Part shown: positions 8,771 through 15,858 of the stretch, piece by piece
Position numbering within the stretch: position 1 is the stretch's first letter
Layout of the letters: every line of letters begins with the position of its first letter
DNA from: an uncultured Chloroflexia bacterium
GTDB lineage: Bacteria; Chloroflexota; Ktedonobacteria; Ktedonobacterales; JADMIN01
Assembly: GCA_963718915.1 (NCBI GenBank)
Contig: CAVRAI010000001.1
Location: forward strand, 300,001 to 332,000
Direction: 5' to 3'
Length of the DNA: 32,000 bases
The notes under the pieces: generated by a model
Told to the model about the DNA's origin: nothing
Databases searched by the model: none
What the model saw: the letters and a program-made list of their open reading frames with translations, nothing else
Position numbers and translations under genes: made by a program

Positions 8771-8811
8771 TTGATCTATCAAGAAAATTTAATCGAGTAA
8801 GAGATACAAAC

Positions 8812-9777
8812 ATGTCGATAGACGAGACGCCAGACCAACCATCATACGAGCCAGAGACCACTGATGGGGGCAACGATATCCCCGAGGTGTATGAACTGGA
8901 GACGCTCGAACAGCTCCGCGCCATCGCCGACGAGCTACGTACGCGCATCGTCGAGGCGCTCATCCATCGCGCGATGACCGTCACGCAGGTAGGCGAGATG
9001 CTCGGACAAGCGCCTGCCAAGATTCACTACCACGTCCGCGAACTGGAGCGCGTCGGACTGATCCGGTTGGTGGCCACACGCGAGAAGAGCGGCATCCTGG
9101 AGAAGTATTACCGCGCCGTCGCCAGGAGCTTTACCGCCGCGAAGACGCTCTTAAGCGCCGCCCCCTCCGACGAGACGTTCGCGACCATGCGTGCATTTCT
9201 CGACAATGCCTCTCAGGGGTTTCTACGGGCGACGGAGTACACCGTCCGCAATCAGCTATGGGAAAACCCCAAAGTCTGGGGAGTGAGCGCTACCCAGATA
9301 TGGGTCACGCACGACGAGATGAAGGAGCTGGCGAAGCGCGTTCAGGCGGAGTTCGACCGGTATTCGGTTCCGCGCGGCGTCGAGGGCGAGGAGGAGCGCA
9401 CCTTCGTCATGATGGGCTACGACCCGCGCATTGCCGAGGAGAGCAGGGGTGAGACTGAGGCGCCGCCCCCTTTCACCGCTACTCCGCCTCCACCGTTATC
9501 GCCATCCCTGCCAAGGGCGCCGCAGCCGCTCAGGAAAGTGCAGGGCAGGACACGCGCGCGCTATATGGTGGTCGTTGGCTCCCATACTCTCAAGCGCGCC
9601 GATCTGGAGGAGGCCATCGCCCAGAACCGGCAGATTGACTTCAGCGCTGTCGGGGTCTTCACCTTCGCCGACGACATCACTCCTGATCTGGTGGAGCAGG
9701 CGATTACCCACTTCCGTCACCGTGGTGCGCTCCATGCCTCGCCAGCGGTGCGCGAGGCGCTCAAGCGAAAGGAGTGA
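8812..9777 (+). CDS. ArsR-family winged-helix transcriptional regulator with extended C-terminal domain
   Basis: The N-terminal wHTH is LRAIADELRTRIVEALIHRAMTVTQVGEMLGQAPAKIHYHVRELERVGLIRLV. At 321 aa the protein is much longer than a minimal ArsR. It is followed in the same direction by an MFS transporter. Confidence 0.7.
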   Translation: MSIDETPDQPSYEPETTDGGNDIPEVYELETLEQLRAIADELRTRIVEALIHRAMTVTQVGEMLGQAPAKIHYHVRELERVGLIRLVATREKSGILEKYYRAVARSFTAAKTLLSAAPSDETFATMRAFLDNASQGFLRATEYTVRNQLWENPKVWGVSATQIWVTHDEMKELAKRVQAEFDRYSVPRGVEGEEERTFVMMGYDPRIAEESRGETEAPPPFTATPPPPLSPSLPRAPQPLRKVQGRTRARYMVVVGSHTLKRADLEEAIAQNRQIDFSAVGVFTFADDITPDLVEQAITHFRHRGALHASPAVREALKRKE

Positions 9778-9933
9778 TCGTCTCTCACCAACCCTAGCTG
9801 CGGTCTTGAGTCAAAGCATCCCGGCATCCGGAGGAAAAAGGACACGCGAATCGCTGGAACGATCCGCGCGCCGAACTCCCACTCGCAATCCCAGAGAATG
9901 TGTTTAGTTGGCAACACACCGGAGGAGAGTACT

Positions 9934-11367
9934 ATGGATCCTACCACAACCGGCCCTGCAACGTCTGCGCCATTGGTCAGAAAGCCCGGTCTATTCATCA
10001 ACAGCAACTATAGGCGGCTCTGGCTTGGCCATACCATCTCAGTCTTTGGCGACTTCATCTTCGACACAACGCTCGTCATCTGGATCGCCGCCGTCATCGC
10101 CCGCGGCCAGACCTGGGCGCCGCTGGCCGTCAGCGGGGTCTTCATCGCGACCACCATCCCGGTACTCATCGTTGGGCCGATTGCGGGCGTCTTCGTCGAC
10201 CGCTGGAACAAGCGGCGCACGATGCTGGTGATGGATGCGGCACGTGCGGCGCTGGTAGCGCTCCTGATCCTCACTTCGGGCGTCGTGCCGCTGCCGTTCC
10301 TGCCCGGCGGGCGCTTGCCGCTTTTCTGGCAGTTGGGCGTTGTCTATGGCGTTGTCTTCCTGCTCAACACGCTCAGCCAGTTCTTCCGGCCCGCCTCGCT
10401 GGCCCTCATCGGCGATATCGTGCCCGAAGAGACGCAGGCGCGGGCTATGGGGCTGAGCCAGACATCGATGAGCATCGCCATGATTCTCGGTCCGACGCTG
10501 GCCGCGCCGCTCTTCGTCGCTTTTGGGTCGGAGTGGGCGCTGGGTATCGATGCGCTCTCGTTCGTCGCCTCGTATCTGCTCATCCGAACCGTTGCCGCGC
10601 CGCCGGCCGCTCGCAGCGTCGCCGACGGGGCGCGCCCAAACTTCTGGCGCGAGTTCGGCGGGGGGTTGCGTTACTTCTTCCGGTCGCGGGTGCTGGTCGT
10701 CCTCACGATCTCGGCCACGATTGTCATGCTTGGCGGTGGCGCGCTCAACACGCTCGATTTCTTTTTCGTCACGGGGAATCTGCATGCGTCGGCCAGCTAC
10801 TTTGGCGCGCTTCAGGGCGTGATGGGTGTTGGGATGATTCTGGGCGCGATTCTCGCGAGCGCCTTTGCCCAGAAGATTGGCCTGGTGCGCACGCTCTGGC
10901 TCTCGCTGCTGGGGATGGCGCTGCTGATCACGGCCTATGCGCGCGCGACCGACATCTGGGTGGCCATCGCGATCATAGGGGTGGCGGGCATTCCGCAGGC
11001 CGCGCTCAATGTGGCGGCGGGGCCGCTGCTGCTGCAAAGCACGCCACGCGAGATGGTGGGCCGCGTCTCCTCGATTCTCAACCCGACGATTACGATCTCG
11101 ACCCTCGTCGGCGCCGCGCTGGGCGGCTATCTCGACAGCACGCTCTTGCGCGGCTTCTCGGCGACCCTGCTGGGACTCCATTTCGGCCCGGTGGACACCA
11201 TCTTCACTGGCGCGGGACTTATCGCGCTGGCTGGCGCGCTCTTTGCGGCATTCGGCCTCTGGGGCGTCAAGCCACAGGTGCGGAAGCCTGAACCCGCGCC
11301 CGTGGAGGTATCACTTGCGCCGCTCGCCGCCGAGACCGCCGAGGCGGAGGAGCCTGTGCTGAGCTAG
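9934..11367 (+). CDS. MFS transporter (MFS_3/EntS-like)
   Basis: About 12 predicted TM helices, with NSNYRRLWLGHTISVFGD and GVFVDRWNKRR (the MFS loop 2-3 motif). The start is placed at the Met preceded by SD ggaggag (9934); the ORF is open from 9898. Confidence 0.8.
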   Translation: MDPTTTGPATSAPLVRKPGLFINSNYRRLWLGHTISVFGDFIFDTTLVIWIAAVIARGQTWAPLAVSGVFIATTIPVLIVGPIAGVFVDRWNKRRTMLVMDAARAALVALLILTSGVVPLPFLPGGRLPLFWQLGVVYGVVFLLNTLSQFFRPASLALIGDIVPEETQARAMGLSQTSMSIAMILGPTLAAPLFVAFGSEWALGIDALSFVASYLLIRTVAAPPAARSVADGARPNFWREFGGGLRYFFRSRVLVVLTISATIVMLGGGALNTLDFFFVTGNLHASASYFGALQGVMGVGMILGAILASAFAQKIGLVRTLWLSLLGMALLITAYARATDIWVAIAIIGVAGIPQAALNVAAGPLLLQSTPREMVGRVSSILNPTITISTLVGAALGGYLDSTLLRGFSATLLGLHFGPVDTIFTGAGLIALAGALFAAFGLWGVKPQVRKPEPAPVEVSLAPLAAETAEAEEPVLS

Positions 11368-11404
11368 CGTCTCGGCAGTCTGAAATGCTCAGGCGCGATT
11401 CCTG

Positions 11405-11436
11405 TTGTCACCCAATTGCCACCCAGTTGTCACCCA
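11405..11436 (+). repeat. three direct ~11-bp repeats ([a/g]TTG[T/C]CACCCA)
   Basis: ttgtcaccca / attgccaccca / gttgtcaccca read consecutively, about 30 bp upstream of a candidate promoter (-35 tggacg 11464-11469, 17 nt spacer, -10 tataat 11487-11492). Confidence 0.5.
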
Positions 11437-11571
11437 GGGGAAAGTTTCGCGTAGATTCCTTTGTGGACGAGTCTTTGCCGGGATACTATAATGGCGACAT
11501 AGATACGCGGACACGGGACCCTGCGCGAATTCACGATCGCCAGGTTCTCATAACCAGTGAGGAGGCAACTC

Positions 11572-11628
11572 ATGGGAGACAAGAGTCCGAAAAACAAAGA
11601 GAAGCGCAAGCCCAAGAAAAAGGTCTAG
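11572..11628 (+). CDS. candidate 18-aa lysine-rich small protein (MGDKSPKNKEKRKPKKKV)
   Basis: The ATG is preceded by a near-perfect SD (gaggagg, 6-nt spacer). Upstream is a TATAAT promoter candidate and 10 nt after the stop is a stem-loop. It is too short for the ORF track, and coding status is unproven. Confidence 0.35.
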   Translation: MGDKSPKNKEKRKPKKKV

Positions 11629-11637
11629 CGTTCAGGC

Positions 11638-11668
11638 ATACCGGGCAGCATAATCTGCTGTCCGGTAT
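11638..11668 (+). terminator. stem-loop after the sORF (possible weak terminator)
   Basis: ataccgg-gcag / loop cataat / ctgc-(tgt bulge)-ccggtat gives 4 + 7 bp helices. It is followed by cgcgcgtttcc, so there is only a short T tract. Confidence 0.3.
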
Positions 11669-11733
11669 CGCGCGTTTCCTCACACGTTCCTCACAGGGTA
11701 CGACCAGGTCGGAAGGCATCGGAGAGAGATTAC

Positions 11734-12498
11734 ATGAACGTCATACTCATGGTTGAGACGTTCGTCGCGTTCATACTCGCGGTGACGATTCACGGCGCGG
11801 CGCAGGCGCGTATGGCCACGCTGCTGGGCGACACGACGCCGCGACTGCGCGGGCGGCTGAGCCTCTTCCCGCAGCAGCAGCTATCGGCCATCGGGATCAT
11901 CGCGGGCATCGTCTTCTCGGTCACCACTGTGGGCGCAGGCATCGGCTGGGGCAAACCGCTGGAGATCGATGCGCGCAAGTTACGCATCGGCCCGAACATC
12001 GGCACGATTGTGGTCGCGCTCTCCGGCCTGGTCTTCAATGCGCTGCTTGGCGTCGCTATCCTGCTGCTCTTCAATCTACTGCCGAACATGAACACGTTCG
12101 CGCATCAGGCCAATGTCTGTGTCGATGGCGGACTCTTCGGAGGCGATCTGCAGGGCTGCGTGCAGTCGGTACCAGGTTGGGCGCTGCGCATCGAGCAGTT
12201 CTTCTTCATCTTCGCGCTGACCAACATCGCCGTGGCGATTCTCAACATCATCCCGCTGCATCCGCTGGATGGCTATCATGTCCTCTTCGCGCTGCTGCCC
12301 AACCGCCAGGCCATCGGCTGGCGGAACTTTGCGCCGTGGGGAGAGTTGCTGTTGCTGGTGATCTTCTTTGTGATTCCGGTGATTCTCCAGTTCCTGAATA
12401 TCTCGTTCAGCCCGGCGAATCTTTTCATTGTGCGGCCCGCTGATACGATTGCGGTGAGCCTGATGCCGGTGAATGCGAACCTCTTCGTGCGCATGTGA
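11734..12498 (+). CDS. site-2 protease (peptidase M50) family homologue with degenerate HExxH motif
   Basis: Family hallmarks are present: LLGDTTPRLRGRLSLFP, GWGKP and NIIPLHPLDGYH (NxxPxxPLDG). The position of HExxH reads HGAAQ (11791-11805). SD ggagagag lies upstream. Confidence 0.7.
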   Translation: MNVILMVETFVAFILAVTIHGAAQARMATLLGDTTPRLRGRLSLFPQQQLSAIGIIAGIVFSVTTVGAGIGWGKPLEIDARKLRIGPNIGTIVVALSGLVFNALLGVAILLLFNLLPNMNTFAHQANVCVDGGLFGGDLQGCVQSVPGWALRIEQFFFIFALTNIAVAILNIIPLHPLDGYHVLFALLPNRQAIGWRNFAPWGELLLLVIFFVIPVILQFLNISFSPANLFIVRPADTIAVSLMPVNANLFVRM

Positions 12499-12520
12499 TC
12501 CGCCGGGAGTGAGCGCCCAG

Positions 12521-13192
12521 ATGCCATCGCCAGTACCATCACCCTCGCCTGAGACCGCATCCCCAGTGCCCGTGGCGCTCACCACGAATCGCTGGCAGGC
12601 GGTGCGCTATCGCGTCTGGCAGTTCGGGCGCTCGCTGCTGCCACACCCGCTCGATGCCGACGACCAGGCGATCCTCGCCGCGCATCTCTCGCCGAAGGCG
12701 CGCGCGCTCTTTGCTACGATGTCGCGCAATGACCAGCGCCACAGCCTGACGGTCTACCGGGCGCTTCGGGCGCGCGGCTGTGACGACGCCGATCTGCTGA
12801 CAGCGGCGCTGCTGCATGATTGCGGCAAGGGCGGCGGGCGGGTGCGCCTCTGGGTGCGGCCGCCTTTCGTGCTGTTGCGGGCCTTCGCGCCGAGCGTATT
12901 GCGCTGGCTGGCGCGTGACGATGCCGCGTGGTGGCGTCGCCCGTTCTACTACGCCTGGCGACACGCCGATGTGGGCGCCGATCTCGCCGCCAACGCGGGC
13001 CTCTCCGAACGCGCCGTGCTGCTGATCCGCACCCACCATCTCCCCAACGGCCCCGCCGCCAAGTACTCTCGAAGTAACATGCTTCCTTGCTCTAGTGTAA
13101 ATCCACGTAACACAACGCTTGCGGGATCAATCCAGGTTAGGGGGGCGTGTGTGTCCATACCTGCTATTTGCCAAGCGCCTTGGAACGTATGA
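12521..13192 (+). CDS. HD-domain protein; 3' end reads through into a low-GC island, so the native C-terminus is probably replaced
   Basis: AALLHDCGK plus a downstream RTHH segment. The start is placed at the Met with SD gggagtgag (12521). After about 13065 the composition drops abruptly, and the last 40 or so codons look non-native (KYSRSNMLPCSSVNPRNTT...). Confidence 0.65.
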   Translation: MPSPVPSPSPETASPVPVALTTNRWQAVRYRVWQFGRSLLPHPLDADDQAILAAHLSPKARALFATMSRNDQRHSLTVYRALRARGCDDADLLTAALLHDCGKGGGRVRLWVRPPFVLLRAFAPSVLRWLARDDAAWWRRPFYYAWRHADVGADLAANAGLSERAVLLIRTHHLPNGPAAKYSRSNMLPCSSVNPRNTTLAGSIQVRGACVSIPAICQAPWNV

Positions 13193-13626
13193 GCAGTTTG
13201 CGTGTGCATCACTGCAATCCAATTGAATAACCCATTTCGTGCCGATTCATAGGCTCCATCAATTGCCACATTGCGGATTTTTCTGGCCACTTGCTCTCTC
13301 CCATCTTTGGGTAGAGCACGCACGACAAAGTAGAAATCGTCGAGAAAGATCGTGACCTTGGCAATAGTGGCAGCCTCTGCAGCACATGCAATATCGTTTA
13401 ACAAAATTCCGAGCGCCTTTTTGTGGAGGCCATGATTCACAGGAACAAGTTGCGGAGTTCCATTCAATGACGCAAGGTAGCCATGTAGCGCGCCTGTTGA
13501 GATCGCCTTCGCGATAGGTGCGGAAACGCGGCTATTCAATAGCAGACGTTCGACGTCTGCATCGAGTGTTGTCCGAGAGATGTTTCGCTCTGCCAGCCAA
13601 CTATCGCTCAGGAATCTATGCCACAC
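12949..13626 (-). CDS. hypothetical protein (island ORF D); possibly the distal part of a fragmented larger gene
   Basis: GTG-initiated ORF overlapping the stop of ORF C by 11 nt. The sequence (…KVTIFLDDFYFVVRAL…) has no motif I recognise. Its last 40 or so codons run antisense into the high-GC HD gene, so the native stop seems lost. Confidence 0.4.
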   Translation of the reverse strand: MWHRFLSDSWLAERNISRTTLDADVERLLLNSRVSAPIAKAISTGALHGYLASLNGTPQLVPVNHGLHKKALGILLNDIACAAEAATIAKVTIFLDDFYFVVRALPKDGREQVARKIRNVAIDGAYESARNGLFNWIAVMHTQTAHTFQGAWQIAGMDTHAPLTWIDPASVVLRGFTLEQGSMLLREYLAAGPLGRWWVRISSTARSERPALAARSAPTSACRQA

Positions 13627-13957
13627 GATGACGAGCTAGATTGGTGGGATATTGACCATTCTGGTTTTGTACGATTACTCGATGTCGCAAACGCCCAAGT
13701 AGCCGCTGCTCTACACTGGCGCCTCTGGATTCATTGCAGAGGCTAGATAAAGCATAGGCTGCGATATCGTCAATAGTTTTAGTGCCCGCTTCTACTGGGA
13801 CATACAGGGCAAGCCAACTGGCGCCATGGCCGAAGAATGATTCGCCAAAGTCCTTGTTGATTCGATCACAAACATACGCCAGATAGCGCTGTCTTGCCCA
13901 TACCAAGCGAATTGCCCATATTCTTTCTAGCCCAGACCCAGTTCCAGCGCCTGACAC
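13616..13957 (-). CDS. hypothetical protein (island ORF C); likely a frameshifted continuation of ORF B
   Basis: It has only a GTG start and no internal Met, and it overlaps ORF B by 92 nt. In the overlap the C-frame text (ERIWAIRLVWARQRYLAYVCDRINKDFG) looks more protein-like than the B-frame tail. Confidence 0.35.
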   Translation of the reverse strand: MSGAGTGSGLERIWAIRLVWARQRYLAYVCDRINKDFGESFFGHGASWLALYVPVEAGTKTIDDIAAYALSSLCNESRGASVEQRLLGRLRHRVIVQNQNGQYPTNLARHRVA

Positions 13958-14813
13958 CTTGCGGAAAGCCTTCAGCTAGTAGATCGTGGCGAATCTGGTA
14001 GAGTTCACGTTCGCGAAGGTCTTTTGCAAAGACTGAGCCGTTGATAAGTGGATCTTTGCTGATATAGGTGGCGGCGAGACCAACGCTCTTGATACCGATA
14101 ACTTCGTTCACCTGAGCGACATCCACCCAGAGCAGGCCGAAAGCGAGACTAATAGCAATCGCTTTATCGAGTTGCTTTAGCGTGCCTGCAGGATGCGCTT
14201 GCATGGCCCAGGATTGGGCTGCCTTGACACGCTGAGCAGGTGTCGGCTTGGGACTAGCTGGCTCATAGGCAATATTCGGCGTATTAATAATGGTTGTCTG
14301 ACTCCGGTAATCGCCCAATCCCTCCTTGATGGCAGCCTGGTAGGCCGCACCACGTCGGGGAGCCTCAGGGAGAACATGTAAGACAGGCTGGGTGAGTGGC
14401 CCATGCTGGGCGAGCAGGTTGAGCAAGCTGGTGATGTCCGCGCTGGCATTGGAGAGGTACTCAGCAAAGCGCGGATAGAGTGCTCCGCCGATAGGTTCCT
14501 CTGCTAGAACATCGCGGCCACCGAGAGTAGGCGTTATAATGGTGACACGCGCTTCACCCCTGCCTCTAGTAGTTCTCCGTGCCAGCTTCAGCGCAGGAAA
14601 GACACCAATTGCCTTCGTCACAGAAGAAGCTGAAACGGTCTGCTCACGCATGCCCATGATATTCCAGGCGATAAATCGCTCACGCATCAATCGCGCAATC
14701 TCGCGCTCCAGGTCAGATAGAGCAATGGGTTCAAGATTGCAGGCACGCCAAGCATCAATTGCGGCCGTCACATATCGCGGATCGAATGTGAGTGCTGGTC
14801 CTCGTGGTGGCAT
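13866..14813 (-). CDS. hypothetical protein (island ORF B)
   Basis: The start is placed at MPPRGPALTFD (14813) with SD gggaga 7 nt upstream; the ORF is open from 14879. It lies 46 nt downstream of the nuclease-like gene. I recognise no domain. Confidence 0.5.
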   Translation of the reverse strand: MPPRGPALTFDPRYVTAAIDAWRACNLEPIALSDLEREIARLMRERFIAWNIMGMREQTVSASSVTKAIGVFPALKLARRTTRGRGEARVTIITPTLGGRDVLAEEPIGGALYPRFAEYLSNASADITSLLNLLAQHGPLTQPVLHVLPEAPRRGAAYQAAIKEGLGDYRSQTTIINTPNIAYEPASPKPTPAQRVKAAQSWAMQAHPAGTLKQLDKAIAISLAFGLLWVDVAQVNEVIGIKSVGLAATYISKDPLINGSVFAKDLRERELYQIRHDLLAEGFPQGVRRWNWVWARKNMGNSLGMGKTALSGVCL

Positions 14814-14859
14814 GGTATGTCTCCCTTCTTGTCTGTGCGTGATGTATATCTTCTTGACA

Positions 14860-15624
14860 TTAGCGCGCTTGGTGAGCACTCGTTAACGCCAAGACAGTCC
14901 GCTGGCATTCCCTCCAGAACTCCAGAACACTGTTGGTGCGTTGGGTGTTGTAGATCGCGTTCGCGGAGAGATGGAATCGCTCTTTGCGGGCATCGGCCAC
15001 ATTGAGAATGGCATTGAGTGGCCGCCAGAGTTGCCCGCATGCCTCCTCACAATCGGTGATGATGTGATGCGCAGCTTCGATCTGTGAATCCGCAGCATCG
15101 AGTGAGGAAAGCAGTTCCCATGGAGTCGGGTGTAATGGCGTGATGAGCAATACGCCCCACGAGACTGCGTAGCTCCAGGCGTTGGCGTCAATGTTTGGCA
15201 ACCCGCTCACAAACACCGGCTTGATGGCGAAAGCGCCTATCTCGTCAGCGCTTCCCAAAGTAACGTCGAGCAATTTGGCGACGAACTCGCTAACATGCTG
15301 ACGTGTGATGTGAGCATGTCGTTTGGCTTCGATAACATAGAGCGTATCGGAAGAGAGCAGGACGCAGTCGAATTCGTAGGGTATCCCAGTTCGGGAGTGT
15401 AGCAGACCACCCATATTCAGTTCATCTGGGCCCGAGTTATAACGCCAATCGGCTGCTTCAAGCAGGTCAGTGTACAATGCTTGCTCAAATGCTACTCCCG
15501 CACTCGCCCCAGGTCCCTGATAGGTAAAGGTGCGTGCGGTCTGGGCAAGTGTGGTCGCCACTAGAGTGTCAACCTGCGAGCTACACGCCGTGGACGATGC
15601 GGTATAGCGCTGACTAGCCGACAT
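14860..15624 (-). CDS. PD-(D/E)xK superfamily nuclease-like protein (NERD/Mrr-cat-like core)
   Basis: Core GIPYEFDCVLLSSDTLYVIEAKRHAHITRQHVSEFVAKL has the (E/D)xD ... ExK arrangement on a predicted beta-hairpin, followed by a helix as in NERD/Mrr catalytic domains. It is the first gene of the low-GC island. Confidence 0.55.
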   Translation of the reverse strand: MSASQRYTASSTACSSQVDTLVATTLAQTARTFTYQGPGASAGVAFEQALYTDLLEAADWRYNSGPDELNMGGLLHSRTGIPYEFDCVLLSSDTLYVIEAKRHAHITRQHVSEFVAKLLDVTLGSADEIGAFAIKPVFVSGLPNIDANAWSYAVSWGVLLITPLHPTPWELLSSLDAADSQIEAAHHIITDCEEACGQLWRPLNAILNVADARKERFHLSANAIYNTQRTNSVLEFWRECQRTVLALTSAHQAR

Positions 15625-15858
15625 AAGCGGTGGACATAGTTGCCGGTTTGTGTAGCCCTATTGGTCGCCTGGTTGACCGATTAAAACACTTGTTCGTACA
15701 ATGGCGTAGTGGGCTGAGGAGAAATGGCGGCATCTGGAGAGGATGTTGGGAGGGCAAGCCGTAGCGTTCACGTCTACGGCGAATTGAGCGCATCAACTGA
15801 TTCGCCGGGCCTTAGGCTCCGGAATGCTTTAATCCCGCACGAAATCGTACGAGGGACT

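Noticed and set aside
10039-11181. 380-aa ORF antisense to the MFS transporter
   Set aside because: It is extremely Arg/Glu/Asp/Gln-rich with no hydrophobic core. It is the mirror image of a TM-rich high-GC gene and a classic shadow ORF.
3099-15720. Calling the two lower-GC blocks (R-M pair; nuclease island) mobile elements
   Set aside because: I could find no integrase, transposase, recombinase, terminal inverted repeats or flanking direct repeats. Compositional deviation alone supports horizontal origin, not a defined mobile element.
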